Below, in pieces: positions 17,765 to 27,870 of a stretch of 64,000 bases of DNA (position 1 is the first letter of the stretch; every line of letters begins with the position of its first letter). Source of the stretch: Candidatus Eiseniibacteriota bacterium (GTDB lineage: Bacteria > Eisenbacteria > RBG-16-71-46). A program made the position numbers and the translations under genes. The notes under the pieces are model-generated. The model did not search any database and was not told the origin of the DNA. It saw nothing but the letters and a program-made list of their open reading frames with translations. The stretch is taken from assembly GCA_044222065.1 (NCBI GenBank), contig JBGAOA010000011.1, positions 1,862 through 65,861 of the forward strand, given 5' to 3'.

Positions 17765-20197
17765 ATGAGCCCGCTGCGCCGTTCCCCGTTCTTGCTCGCA
17801 CTCGGAGTGTCGCTGTTCTCGGCGGTCGGCCCGGCGCGCGAGGCGCGAGCGTCCTGGCCGCACGACCCGAGCGATTTCGTCGCCCTCGCACCGGCCCTCG
17901 GCGACACCTACCTGTTCGGATTCCGAGAGGCCGTGTCGGACGGGCAGGGTGGCGTCATCGCCGTGTACGACGTGATCGGGACTACCTGGGACGTCTATGC
18001 GCAACGCGTGGACGCCTCGGGGAACCGGTTGTGGGGCGCTTCCGGAGTCGCCGCGGCCTCCGGGCCCGGCAATCAGGACCAGTCCGTCGCGATCTCGGAC
18101 GGGCAGGGCGGGATCATCTTCGCCTGGGCGGACGACCGCGCGGGCGCCGCGAACACCGACATCTACGCGCAACGCGTGAACGCGAACGGCGTCCCCCTGT
18201 GGGGCACGGGTGGTGTGGCCGTCTGCACGCAGGCGGGAAATCAGACGGAGCCCGCGATCTGCTCGGATGGCCTCGGCGGAGTCGTCGTCACCTGGACGGA
18301 CGCGCGAGTGGGCCCGACGGACATCTACGCTCGCTTCGTCAACCAGGCGGGAGTGGCGCAGGGCGCCGCCGCGGGCATCACGATCTGCACGGCCGCGAGT
18401 GGGCAGGTCCACCCTCGCATCGTGCCGAGCTTCGGCACCGACTACATCGTCGTCTGGCAGGACGGACGTTCGGACGGTGGCGACATCTACGCGCAGAAGT
18501 TCTCGACGAACACCGGAACCGTGGCGTGGGCCGCGAACGGCGTCGCGATGTGCACCGCATTGAACACGCAGGAGTTCCCCGAGATCTGTCGCGACGGTCA
18601 GAACGGCGCCGTGGCGGTGTGGTGGGACTTCCGGAGCGCGACCACGATCTACGCGCAGCGCATCAGCTCGTCCGGAACGACGCAATACGCGGCGAACGGC
18701 ATCCAGCTCGGGCCCGCGGCGGGTTCCACCTCCGCGCAGATCGTCGAGGACGGCGAGGGCGGCGCGATCGTGGCCTGGACGGACTTCCGCTCCGTGCCGG
18801 GCGACATCTACGCGCAGCGGATCGAGTTGATGACGGGCCTCACGCAATGGACCTCGGGTGGAGCGATCGTGTGCACCGCGCTCGGCCAGCAGGCCGCCCC
18901 GAGCGTGGCGCCGGACGGCCGCGGCGGCGCGTACGTCGTGTGGCAAGACACGCGCTCCGGCGTGACGGGCCTCTACGGGCAGCACCTCGAGGGCTCCTTC
19001 GGCGCCAGGTTCTGGACGCAGAACGGCGTGCCGATCGCGACGGGATCCGACTACAGCGCGAATCAGACGCTCGTCAGCCGCGGTCCCGAGGGCGTGTTCG
19101 TCGCATTCTTCCGATTCGGCGTCGGGCCGTCGACCGCGGCCCTGCAGCGCGTCGACGGCTGGGGCTACCTCGGCGCGGAGCCCGCACTCGTTTCGGTGCG
19201 CGACGTCCCGAACGACCAGGGCGGTAAGGTCGTGGTCTCGTGGAACGCGAGCCCGCTCGACACCGATCCGCTCCTCTACTCGATCTACGAGTACCGGATC
19301 TTCCGCGCGGTTCCGACGACCGCGCTCGCGGTCGCGCTCCGCGAGCGCGGAAGCGCGCCGGCGGCGGCGTGGACGCCGGGCGCTGCGCCGCCACGCGCGC
19401 CGCTGCTCGCGCATCCGGAGCGGAACGGGACGTTCTCCTACTGGGAGTACGTCGCGACGACGCCCGCGAATCACCTCGACACGTACAGCCTCGTCGCTCC
19501 GACGGCCTCGGACTCGGTCGCGGGGTCGAATCCGCTGACGAGCTTCATGGTGCAGGCCCGCGGCAACGGGGTGGAGTTCTGGAATTCGAATCCCGACTCG
19601 GGCTACAGCGTGGACGATCTGGCGCCCGCGATGCCCGCGCCGTTCGCGGGCGCCTACTCGGCGGGCGCGACGGTGCTCGCGTGGGGCCCGAACGGGGAGT
19701 CCGACCTGGCCTACTACCGCCTCTACCGTGGCCACGGCGTCGGATTCGTTCCCGGCCCGGCGAACTTCGTCGCGGACCTTTCGACGACGAGCTTCACGGA
19801 CTCGCCCGGATCGGCCTACCTCTACAAGCTCGTCGCCGTGGATCTCCACGGAAACGTGTCTCCGCCCGCGCTCGCGATTCCCGGCGGAACGCTGCCCGTC
19901 GAGGACGTTGCGCCGAGCGTGGACTTCCTCGCACCCGCGGCTCCGACACCACTGCGCACAGCGTCGGCGACCCTGCGCTTCGGTATGGAGCGGGCAGGGC
20001 ACGCCCGGCTCGAGCTTTTCGACGCGCTCGGACGCCGCGTGCGAACGCTCTTCGATGCCGAGGCCGCGGCGGGCGAGCACCGCGTCGTGCTCGAGCGCGT
20101 GGGGCGCGACGGAATTCCGCTCTCGCCCGGGCTGTATCTCGCGCGGCTCGAGACGGCCCGGTTCCGCGCGACGCGGCGCATCGTGGTCGTGGACTAG
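17765..20197 (+). CDS. secreted tandem-repeat (about 54 aa x7) protein with C-terminal sorting/Ig-like domain
   Basis: ATG 17765 has GGAGG 6 nt upstream and is followed by a signal peptide. The repeat consensus is DG.GG..V.W.D.R.G..DIYAQR....G...W...GV..... Confidence 0.65.
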   Translation: MSPLRRSPFLLALGVSLFSAVGPAREARASWPHDPSDFVALAPALGDTYLFGFREAVSDGQGGVIAVYDVIGTTWDVYAQRVDASGNRLWGASGVAAASGPGNQDQSVAISDGQGGIIFAWADDRAGAANTDIYAQRVNANGVPLWGTGGVAVCTQAGNQTEPAICSDGLGGVVVTWTDARVGPTDIYARFVNQAGVAQGAAAGITICTAASGQVHPRIVPSFGTDYIVVWQDGRSDGGDIYAQKFSTNTGTVAWAANGVAMCTALNTQEFPEICRDGQNGAVAVWWDFRSATTIYAQRISSSGTTQYAANGIQLGPAAGSTSAQIVEDGEGGAIVAWTDFRSVPGDIYAQRIELMTGLTQWTSGGAIVCTALGQQAAPSVAPDGRGGAYVVWQDTRSGVTGLYGQHLEGSFGARFWTQNGVPIATGSDYSANQTLVSRGPEGVFVAFFRFGVGPSTAALQRVDGWGYLGAEPALVSVRDVPNDQGGKVVVSWNASPLDTDPLLYSIYEYRIFRAVPTTALAVALRERGSAPAAAWTPGAAPPRAPLLAHPERNGTFSYWEYVATTPANHLDTYSLVAPTASDSVAGSNPLTSFMVQARGNGVEFWNSNPDSGYSVDDLAPAMPAPFAGAYSAGATVLAWGPNGESDLAYYRLYRGHGVGFVPGPANFVADLSTTSFTDSPGSAYLYKLVAVDLHGNVSPPALAIPGGTLPVEDVAPSVDFLAPAAPTPLRTASATLRFGMERAGHARLELFDALGRRVRTLFDAEAAAGEHRVVLERVGRDGIPLSPGLYLARLETARFRATRRIVVVD
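17927..19115 (+). repeat. about 162-nt coding tandem repeats (7 copies, degenerate)
   Basis: DIYAQR-anchored units recur every 52-56 aa. Confidence 0.55.
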
Positions 20198-20211
20198 CGG
20201 ACCGAGGCGGA

Positions 20212-20239
20212 GGAAGCGGCGCGGCCGCCCGCCGTCGCG
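20212..20239. terminator. perfect 12-bp GC hairpin between convergent genes
   Basis: The hairpin is GCGGCCGCCCGC-cguc-GCGGGCGGCCGC. Confidence 0.4.
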
Positions 20240-20269
20240 GGCGGCCGCGGCCGTTGGGCGACGATCGAA

Positions 20270-20782
20270 CTACGCCGCGAGTTCGGAGCCGCCGAGTTCC
20301 GTCGACTGGCTCGCGACGCGAAGCGCGTCCATGACGAGTCCGTCCAGGTCGAGGTCGAGCATGATGTCCTCGTCGCTCGCGCGCTCGTTCGGATGGAACT
20401 CGAACGCGCCCTCGCGCCACAGCAGCACGCGGCACAGGATGCGCCGCTGCACTTCGAGCACGGCCGCCCGCAGCCGTTCGGGCTCGATGATGCCGTTCTC
20501 GACGAGCAGCCTTCCGATCGGCGAGCCGGGCTGGTCCTGCTGCACGGCGGCGGTCAGCTCGATCGCCTCGGGGCGAATGTCGCCGCCGCTCACGAGCACG
20601 TCGCCCACGCGCACGTGCACGGCGTTCGTGAGCGCGAAGCCCGAGCGTCCGTCCACGAGGTAGAGGTCGGCGCGCTCCTCGCCGTGGACGAATTCGAGTC
20701 GTCCCGTCGCGCGCACCGACTGGAGCAGGCGCAGCACGCGAATCGGCATGAAGAGCGACAGCGAGCCGGACAACGCGTTCAT
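20270..20782 (-). CDS. DUF4388 domain protein
   Basis: ATG 20782 gives MNALSGSLSLFMPIRVLRLLQSVRATGRLEF.., a DUF4388-like N-terminus. The listed 645-aa ORF is an Arg-rich over-extension. Confidence 0.6.
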   Translation of the reverse strand: MNALSGSLSLFMPIRVLRLLQSVRATGRLEFVHGEERADLYLVDGRSGFALTNAVHVRVGDVLVSGGDIRPEAIELTAAVQQDQPGSPIGRLLVENGIIEPERLRAAVLEVQRRILCRVLLWREGAFEFHPNERASDEDIMLDLDLDGLVMDALRVASQSTELGGSELAA

Positions 20783-20931
20783 TCGAGCCTCCGGGAAGGG
20801 GTTTCCGCGGAGTATCGGCGCGGGGACGCCGCGGCCTGAGTCCCGCACCTCCGGTGGCCGCGGACGCCGCGCCGGCCGGGCGCGCGAACGCCCCGGCGGG
20901 GGATCCGCCGGGGCGCTCGCGAACCGTCCGA

Positions 20932-22362
20932 TCAGCCCTGCGGCTTCATGGCGCCGCCGGCTTTCTGGAGCGCCGGAAGCTCGCGCGCGTCGCGCGTGTG
21001 GTCCACGTAGGTCCGGTAGGTGGCGAAGTCGAAATCCGGGCTCGACTTCGCGTCGTGGCAGCCGCGGCACGTCGCTTCGGAGACGGCCGCCGTCGCGTTC
21101 GAGAACGCGTCGTGCTCCGTGCCCATGCCGTGGCAGCTCTCGCACTGCACGTTCGCCAGCTGCGGCGACTCCGTGCCGCTCGTGAAGCCGCCCGCCTGCC
21201 GGAACCCGACGACGTGGCAGCTCACGCACTCGGCGGACGCGTCCTTCTTCGTGCTCACGAGCGACGCCCACGCGTTCGCGTGCGCGGTCGTCTTCCACTG
21301 CTCCGCCTCCTTCGCGTGGCAGCGCGCGCACATCGCGTCGCCCACGTAGTGCTCGCGGTCGAGCGAGGAGTGCTCGAGCGCCTTCTCGCGATCCTCCTTG
21401 AGGCGCTCGTTCTCCTTCGCCTTCACCTGCGCGTTGATCGCGTCCTCGAACGACTTCACGTCGCGGAGCACGTCCTCCTTCTCGCCGACCTCGGGGCTCA
21501 GGATGAACGTCTCGGCCTCGCTCGCCGTGGGCTTGCCGGCGCCGTCCACCGTGAGGATCGCGCGTCCGATGTACTGGCCCTGCTCGCCGCCGTAGACGGT
21601 GAGCGTGTTCTTGACGACGCGTCCGCGAGGCAGCAGCGGCACGTTGCGGCCGGCGATCAGCAGGTCCACGCCGTCCACCGCCGTCACGAGGTCCTCGGAC
21701 TCGACCTTGCCGAGCTGAGACACGAGCACGACGACGGAAGCGCCGGCCTTGCGGGCGGCGGCGACCGCCTCGCGCGTCGCGGGCAGCGGGTCGCGCGTCT
21801 CGAGTCCGTCGCGCGACGGTCCGAGATCCACCTTGTCGCTCAGCACGCCGACGACGCCGACCTTCACGTTGCCGACCTGGCGGAGGACGAACGGCGCGAG
21901 CGCGGGTTTCTTCGACTGGCGGTCGTACAGGTTCGCGCACACGAGCTGCAGGCCCGAAGCCCTCGCGTTGTCGCGCAGGAAGTCGATGCCGAACTTGAGA
22001 TCGCGGTCGCCGACGCCCGCGACCTCGACGCCGACGCGGCGGAATCCGTCCATCATGAAGCGCGCGGTCTTGCGGTAGACGCTGTCGGCCATCTCGGGGA
22101 AGTAGCCGCCCGCGTCCACCTGGAGCACCTGCCCGTACTCGGAGCGGATGCTGTCGGCGTAGCTGCCGAGGCGGGAGAGCCCGCCTTTCGGAATGTGGCA
22201 GCCGCACGGGCTGGTCTTGCCCTTCACGTCGGTGGTGGACAGGACGACGAGCTTGTCGGGCGCGAGCACCGGGGCTTTCGCGCTGCGGGCGCCGGCGGGA
22301 ACGCTGAGGAGCGCGATCGCGACGAAGGCGAGGGCGCGCGAGACGGTCGAACGAGAGAACAT
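20932..22362 (-). CDS. tetraheme c-type cytochrome with N-terminal degenerate 5'-nucleotidase-like domain
   Basis: ATG 22362 is followed by a signal peptide. Four CxxCH motifs are present (CARCH, CVSCH, CESCH, CRGCH). The N-terminal 300 aa are collinear with the 5'-NT metallophosphatase fold but lack the metal ligands. Confidence 0.75.
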   Translation of the reverse strand: MFSRSTVSRALAFVAIALLSVPAGARSAKAPVLAPDKLVVLSTTDVKGKTSPCGCHIPKGGLSRLGSYADSIRSEYGQVLQVDAGGYFPEMADSVYRKTARFMMDGFRRVGVEVAGVGDRDLKFGIDFLRDNARASGLQLVCANLYDRQSKKPALAPFVLRQVGNVKVGVVGVLSDKVDLGPSRDGLETRDPLPATREAVAAARKAGASVVVLVSQLGKVESEDLVTAVDGVDLLIAGRNVPLLPRGRVVKNTLTVYGGEQGQYIGRAILTVDGAGKPTASEAETFILSPEVGEKEDVLRDVKSFEDAINAQVKAKENERLKEDREKALEHSSLDREHYVGDAMCARCHAKEAEQWKTTAHANAWASLVSTKKDASAECVSCHVVGFRQAGGFTSGTESPQLANVQCESCHGMGTEHDAFSNATAAVSEATCRGCHDAKSSPDFDFATYRTYVDHTRDARELPALQKAGGAMKPQG

Positions 22363-22599
22363 GCGGAACCTCGTGCGGTGAGTGGGTGCGGGGAACGACG
22401 CCGGCTCCGCGGGGAACGGAGCGTGCGGGTTCGCGAGTTGGACGGCCCGGCCGGAGCGAGCGTTGGGTCTCCGGCGGGGGAAACCCGGCCGGCTCAGTCC
22501 GGGCGCAGGGACGGGAGGGCGGACACGCCGCCCCGGGGGCGGCGGCCTCAACCGTATTCGGTGCGCGAGAAGGCCGGGCGAGCGGGCGTCACGGCGCGG

Positions 22600-23376
22600 T
22601 TACATTCCCAGGATGTGCCAGCCGGCATCCACGTACAGCGTCGTGCCGGTGATGCCGCTCGAAAGGTCCGAGAGCAGGAACAGGCCGGCCGTGCCGACCT
22701 CCTCCTTCGTGATGTTGCGCTCGAGCGGCGCCGCGCCCGAGTGCTCCTTCAGCATGTCGGTGAAGCCGCGGATGCCGCGCGCGGCGAGCGTGCTCACCGG
22801 TCCCGCGGACAGCGCGTTCACGCGGATCTTCTTCGGCCCGAGCTCGTAGGCCATCTGCCGCGTCGCCTGCTCGAGCACCGCCTTCGCGCTGCCCATCACG
22901 TTGTAGTTCGGCACCGCGCGGTTCGCGGCGAGGTAGGAGAGCGTGATCACGCTCGCCCCGTGCTTCTCGAGCAACGGCAGCGTGCGGTTCACGACGTTCA
23001 CGAACGAGTAGGCGCTCACGTCGAGCGCGAGCTGGAAGCCCTCGCGCGGCGTCGCGACGAAGCTGCCCTCGAGGTCCTCCTTGCGCGCGAACGCGATGCC
23101 GTGCACGAGGTATTCGAGCGAGCCCCAGCGGCCGGCGAGCTTCTTCGCGACCTCGTCGATCTCGTAGTCCTTCGTCACGTCGCACTCGGCCGCGAAGGCG
23201 TGCGGCAGCGTCGCCGCGAGTTCCTCGACCGACGACTTGAGCCGTTCGCTCGCGTACGTGAGGCAGAGGTGCGCGCCTGCCTTCGACAGGCACTCCGCGA
23301 TCGCCCAGGACAGGCTGCGGTGGTTCGCCACTCCCATCACGAGCGCGTGCTTGCCGCGCATGTCGATGTGGTACAT
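22600..23376 (-). CDS. fabI: enoyl-[acyl-carrier-protein] reductase (NADH)
   Basis: The 258-aa protein has the typical FabI N-terminus and the YxxMxxxK region. Confidence 0.85.
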   Translation of the reverse strand: MYHIDMRGKHALVMGVANHRSLSWAIAECLSKAGAHLCLTYASERLKSSVEELAATLPHAFAAECDVTKDYEIDEVAKKLAGRWGSLEYLVHGIAFARKEDLEGSFVATPREGFQLALDVSAYSFVNVVNRTLPLLEKHGASVITLSYLAANRAVPNYNVMGSAKAVLEQATRQMAYELGPKKIRVNALSAGPVSTLAARGIRGFTDMLKEHSGAAPLERNITKEEVGTAGLFLLSDLSSGITGTTLYVDAGWHILGM

Positions 23377-23422
23377 CGGTCCTCCTCCGCGGGCGGAGCG
23401 AGCCGTCCCGCGCTGCCGGCCC

Positions 23423-25402
23423 TCAGGCCACGCGCTTCTGCTCCCAGACGCGGATCGGCAGGATGATCACCTGCACGCCCGCGAACTGGAGGCGGCGCTG
23501 GATCGAGAACGCGGTCTCGTGGTGCAGCGACCGCGTGAACAGATTCTCCTTCTGGAACACGAGCTGGCCCGCGAACACGACCGAGCGCCGGAACTCCTTC
23601 ACGAGGTCGAGCACCATGTGGTCGAGCTCCTCGATGAGGTCGGTGCCGAGCGTGTAGCGGTATTCCGCGTAGTAGCCCATGCGCTGCGCGAGGTGCACGT
23701 ATTTCTCGAGGTCGCCGCGCACCTTCTCTTCGAGCGCGTTCACGTCGGCGGCGCCCTTGAACTGCCCCGAGTCGACGAGTCCGACGGAACAGAACACGAA
23801 GTTCTTGAAGTGCTTCGGGAACATGCGCTGGACGCTGAGCAGCGTGTGGATCCCGAGGCCCGCGTACGACTCGACGAGCACGATCGCCGTCGGCCCCTCG
23901 GGTGCGAGGTCCGGCTGCTCGCGCGGCTCGGGCAGCGGCAGGTTCGTCAGCACCTCGTCGAGGCTCGACAGCATGCGGCGCACGCTGCGGTAGTGCGAGC
24001 GCACGATGAAGCAGAACGTCACGAGCAACGCGGTCGCGACGAGCGTGACCCAGCCGCCCTCGCGGAACTTCACGACCGACGTCACGACCAGGATGCCGCC
24101 GGTGACGAGCGTGCCGAGCGCCGCGACGAACATCGCGCGCCGCCAGTGCGCGAGGCGCTGCCGCTCGTTCCACCAGTGCCGCACCATGCCCGCCTGCGTG
24201 AGCGTGAACGTCAGGAACACGTTGATCGAGTACATGACGACCAGGATCTTCACGGCGCCCTGCGTGTAGAGCAGCGTGAGCATCGCGGCGATGCTCATCG
24301 TGAGCACGCCGTTCTGGGTCACGAGGCGCTCGGACAGGTGCGCGAAGCGCTTCGGCACCCACTGGTCCACCGCCATCGCGGCGAGCGTGCGCGGACCCGC
24401 CACGAAGCCGGTCTGGGCGGCGATGAACAGCAGCGCGCCCTCGGACAGCAGCGTGAACACGACGAACGCGTGTCCGAACTGGATGCCGCCGATGGACCAG
24501 CCGCCCGCGAGCGACTCCCACAGCACGGCGTTGAGCGTCTTGCCCGGTTCGTGCGAGACGGCGTGCAGCAGGTAGCACAGCATGATGCCGCCGGCCGTGA
24601 AGGCGAGCGAGATCGCCATGTAGAGCATCGTGCGCTTGCCCGTCTCGGCGCGCGGCTCGCGCAGGATGTCCGTGCTGTTCGAGACCGCCTCGATTCCGGT
24701 GAACGTTCCGCCGCCGAGCGAGAACGCCTTGAGGAACACGGCTGCGACCCCGAGCAGGCCCAGTTCGCCGATCGCCGAGCGCGTGTCCGCCATCGTGTCC
24801 GCGGCGAGGTGGTTCATCACCGCAGCCTTCGACAGCACGCCGAAGAGGATCAGGCCGACGTGCGTCAGCATGAAGATCACGAAGATCGGCAACAGCACGG
24901 TCACCGATTCCTTCACGCCGCGCAGGTTCAGCGACGTCAGGCCGAGCACCATCAGGAACTTCGCCGGCAGCAGCAGGGGCAGCCACGTCTCGGGGAGGAA
25001 CGAGAAGATCGTGTCGCACCCCGAGGCGACCGAGATCGCGATCGTCAGCACGTAGTCGATCGCGAGTGCCGCGCCCGACACGACGCCCGGCGTCGTGCCG
25101 AGCAGCTTCGTGCCGACGAGGTAGCCGCCGCCGCCGCTCGGGAACAACTCCACGATCTGGCTGTAGGACGCCGAGATCAGGAACACCGTCGCGACCATCG
25201 CGAGCGCGACGTAGAGCGCGAGGTGGGTGTGCGACCCGAGCGAGACGAACGCCTCTTCGGGGCCGTACGAGGCGGACGACAATCCGTCCGAGCCCAGGCC
25301 GACCCACGCGAAGACCGCGATGAGTGCGAGGCTGTGGTGAATGCGCGGGTCGAGTAAATTCTTCGGGCCTCCCAGGAGGAGGCCCTTCAATCGGTCGATC
25401 AC
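23423..25402 (-). CDS. APC-superfamily permease with C-terminal cytoplasmic domain
   Basis: The 659-aa protein has a 12-TM APC core followed by about 200 aa of soluble domain. Confidence 0.8.
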   Translation of the reverse strand: MIDRLKGLLLGGPKNLLDPRIHHSLALIAVFAWVGLGSDGLSSASYGPEEAFVSLGSHTHLALYVALAMVATVFLISASYSQIVELFPSGGGGYLVGTKLLGTTPGVVSGAALAIDYVLTIAISVASGCDTIFSFLPETWLPLLLPAKFLMVLGLTSLNLRGVKESVTVLLPIFVIFMLTHVGLILFGVLSKAAVMNHLAADTMADTRSAIGELGLLGVAAVFLKAFSLGGGTFTGIEAVSNSTDILREPRAETGKRTMLYMAISLAFTAGGIMLCYLLHAVSHEPGKTLNAVLWESLAGGWSIGGIQFGHAFVVFTLLSEGALLFIAAQTGFVAGPRTLAAMAVDQWVPKRFAHLSERLVTQNGVLTMSIAAMLTLLYTQGAVKILVVMYSINVFLTFTLTQAGMVRHWWNERQRLAHWRRAMFVAALGTLVTGGILVVTSVVKFREGGWVTLVATALLVTFCFIVRSHYRSVRRMLSSLDEVLTNLPLPEPREQPDLAPEGPTAIVLVESYAGLGIHTLLSVQRMFPKHFKNFVFCSVGLVDSGQFKGAADVNALEEKVRGDLEKYVHLAQRMGYYAEYRYTLGTDLIEELDHMVLDLVKEFRRSVVFAGQLVFQKENLFTRSLHHETAFSIQRRLQFAGVQVIILPIRVWEQKRVA

Positions 25403-25420
25403 CGGGGGAATCTAGGGTTT

Positions 25421-27031
25421 GTGCGAGCGACGAATCAAGCCCACCCCACGCGCCCGAAACCCGTGGCGCGCGTGACGTTCTGCCTGCTCGCCTGCGCGCT
25501 GCTCGCGGGCGACGCCGGACCCGTGCCGAGCCGCGTCCCGGCGGCGACCGCGTCGGCGGCCGCCGAGAGCGGGCGCGTGCCGCCCTTCGTCCTGTTCGGC
25601 TGGGTGAGCCCGCCGGTCGCGCGCACTTCGCAGGCGCGGCTGCTCGAGTACGCCGGCTGCGGGCTCGACCTCGCGATGCCGGCGTGGCTCGACTCCGGGC
25701 GATTCGAAGCGAACGCCGCGCGCTGCGCGTGGGCCGACACGGCCGGCGTCGCTTGCCTCGAGTGGGACGCGCGGCTCGAGCGCGCGCAGCCGGGATTCCC
25801 CTCGGCCGATTCCGTCTTCGCCGCCGTCGTCGCCGACTATCGGACGCGGCCGGGCTTCTTCGGCTGGTACTTCTCGGACGAACCGCTCGAAGCCGAGTTC
25901 CCGCTGCTCGCCTACTACTTCGCCAAGCTGCGCGCGCTCGATCCCGCGCATCCGAGCTTCAACAACCTGCTGCCGGCTTATGCGATGAGCGGTCACGAAG
26001 CGTGGCTCGCCTACGCCCGTCGCTACTGCGACGAGGTGAAGCCCGCGATCCTGTGCAACGACCACTACGACTTCCTCGAGGGCGAAGACCGCGGCCTGTT
26101 CGTTCAGAACCTCGCGGGACTGCGCGCCGTCTCGCGCGAGTACGGGATTCCGTTCTGGACCGTCGTGCAGCTCATTCCGCACGGCACGTATCGCCCGCTC
26201 TCGGCGGGCGAGCTCGAATGGCAGTGCTCGATGGCGCTCGCGTACGGCGCGCGCGGCATCGGCTACTTCACGTACTGGACGCCCGATCCGGATCCGGTGT
26301 GGAACTGGCAGAGCGGCATCCTCACGAACGACGGCGAACGCACCGCGTGGTACGACGTGCTCGCGAACTGGAATCCGATCGTGCGCCGCGCGGGGGAGAC
26401 GCTCGCGCCGCTCACGTGGCTCGCGACGGTGCACGCGGGCTCGCTTCCGATCGGCGCCACGCCGTTCGCGGCCGACGCGCTCGTGTGCGGCGTCGAAGGC
26501 CGCGCGGCGATCGGCTGGTTCGCCGACGCGGCCGGCGTGCGCCACGCGCTCGTCGCGAACGCCGACTCGCTCGCCTCGCGCACGGTGACGCTCGCGCTCG
26601 CCGCCGGCGCGCGGGTCGAAGCGTTCGATGCCGCGAGCGGTGCGTGGCACGCGGCGGCGCTCGACGGCGGCGCGAACGCGCCGCGGCTCGCGCTGCCGCT
26701 CGGCGCGGGCGAGTTCGCGCTCGTGCGCTTCCCCGGCTCGGAAGACGGCGGCCTCGCGGCGGGCGCGCCGCCCGTGCTGCGCGCGTGGCCGTCGCCCGCG
26801 CGCCGAAGCGTCACGTTCGCGGTCGAGCGCGCGACCCGGGGCGCGCGTCTCGAAGTGCTCGATGCCGGCGGACGGCGCGTGTGGGGACGCGACCTCGGAT
26901 CGGGGTTCACCTCGATCGCGTGGGACGGCGAGCGGGACGGCGGCGGCGCCGCGCCCCACGGCCTCTACTTCGTGCGGGTCGAGGACGCGAACGGCGTCGC
27001 CGCGCGGCGCCTCGTGTGGCTCGGGCGATGA
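25421..27031 (+). CDS. secreted putative glycoside-hydrolase-like protein with C-terminal sorting/Ig-like domain
   Basis: GTG start, signal peptide, TIM-barrel-like WYFSDEP motif, and a C-terminal tail (LEVLDAGGRRVW...GLYFVRV). The exact start is uncertain. Confidence 0.6.
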   Translation: MRATNQAHPTRPKPVARVTFCLLACALLAGDAGPVPSRVPAATASAAAESGRVPPFVLFGWVSPPVARTSQARLLEYAGCGLDLAMPAWLDSGRFEANAARCAWADTAGVACLEWDARLERAQPGFPSADSVFAAVVADYRTRPGFFGWYFSDEPLEAEFPLLAYYFAKLRALDPAHPSFNNLLPAYAMSGHEAWLAYARRYCDEVKPAILCNDHYDFLEGEDRGLFVQNLAGLRAVSREYGIPFWTVVQLIPHGTYRPLSAGELEWQCSMALAYGARGIGYFTYWTPDPDPVWNWQSGILTNDGERTAWYDVLANWNPIVRRAGETLAPLTWLATVHAGSLPIGATPFAADALVCGVEGRAAIGWFADAAGVRHALVANADSLASRTVTLALAAGARVEAFDAASGAWHAAALDGGANAPRLALPLGAGEFALVRFPGSEDGGLAAGAPPVLRAWPSPARRSVTFAVERATRGARLEVLDAGGRRVWGRDLGSGFTSIAWDGERDGGGAAPHGLYFVRVEDANGVAARRLVWLGR

Positions 27032-27735
27032 GCGCTGCGCGCGATTCGCGAGCGCCGCGCGCGCTCGCGGCGCTCGAACGCGCGATCACGACCTGCGAGG
27101 CGTGCCCGCGCCTGCGCCGCTGGTGCGAGCGCGTCGCGCGTGAGCGCAAGCGCGAGTTCGCGGACTTCGAGTACTGGGGCCGTCCGGTGCCGGGCTTCGG
27201 CGATCCGCGCGCGCGGCTGCTCGTGGTCGGCCTCGCGCCCGCCGCGCACGGCGGCAACCGCACCGGCCGCGTGTTCACGGGCGACTCGAGCGGCGACTGG
27301 CTCTACGAAGCGCTTCACCGCTTCGGCTTCGCGAACCAGCCGGAGTCGCGCGCGCGCGGCGATGGCCTCGCGCTGCGCGACGCGTGGGTGACCGCCGCGG
27401 GTCGCTGCGCGCCGCCGCAGAACAAACCGGCGTCCGCCGAACTCGAGCGCTGCCGCCCGTTCCTCGCGGGCGAACTCCGGCTGCTCGAGAGCGTCCGCGT
27501 CGTGGTGACGCTCGGACACATCGCGCACGAGGGCTGGCTCAAGGCGTCGGGCGCGTGGGCCGCGCTCCCGCCGCGCGAGCGGCCGCGATTCGCGCACGGG
27601 GCCGAATGCGAAGTCGCGGGCCGCACGCTGATCGCCTCGTACCACCCGAGCCGACAGAACACGAACACCGGCCGGCTCACGCGCGCGATGTGGCACGCGG
27701 TGTTCGCCCGCGCGCGCGCGCGGCTCGGCGGCTGA
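27028..27735 (+). CDS. uracil-DNA glycosylase family 4
   Basis: An ATGA overlap joins it to the upstream gene. Motifs include CEACPRL..., GRPVPGFG and GDSSG. Confidence 0.8.
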   Translation: MSAARDSRAPRALAALERAITTCEACPRLRRWCERVARERKREFADFEYWGRPVPGFGDPRARLLVVGLAPAAHGGNRTGRVFTGDSSGDWLYEALHRFGFANQPESRARGDGLALRDAWVTAAGRCAPPQNKPASAELERCRPFLAGELRLLESVRVVVTLGHIAHEGWLKASGAWAALPPRERPRFAHGAECEVAGRTLIASYHPSRQNTNTGRLTRAMWHAVFARARARLGG

Positions 27736-27870
27736 CGCTCCGGCGTCGTTCTCGAGCGCTACGCGGCGCAGGATCGCCGGCGACTCGCGCGTGACGAACG
27801 CCGGCTTCGCGCATTGACGGGGGGATTCTCCCTCGCCGCCGCCCGTCTCCTCTCGATCGGAGCTCTCTCC

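Noticed and set aside
25403-25420. Only 18 nt between divergent starts of the APC permease (25402) and the GH-like secreted protein (25421)
   Set aside because: This is too short for two promoters, so one of the two GTG starts is probably wrong. I could not decide which from sequence alone. It is not treated as a regulatory feature.
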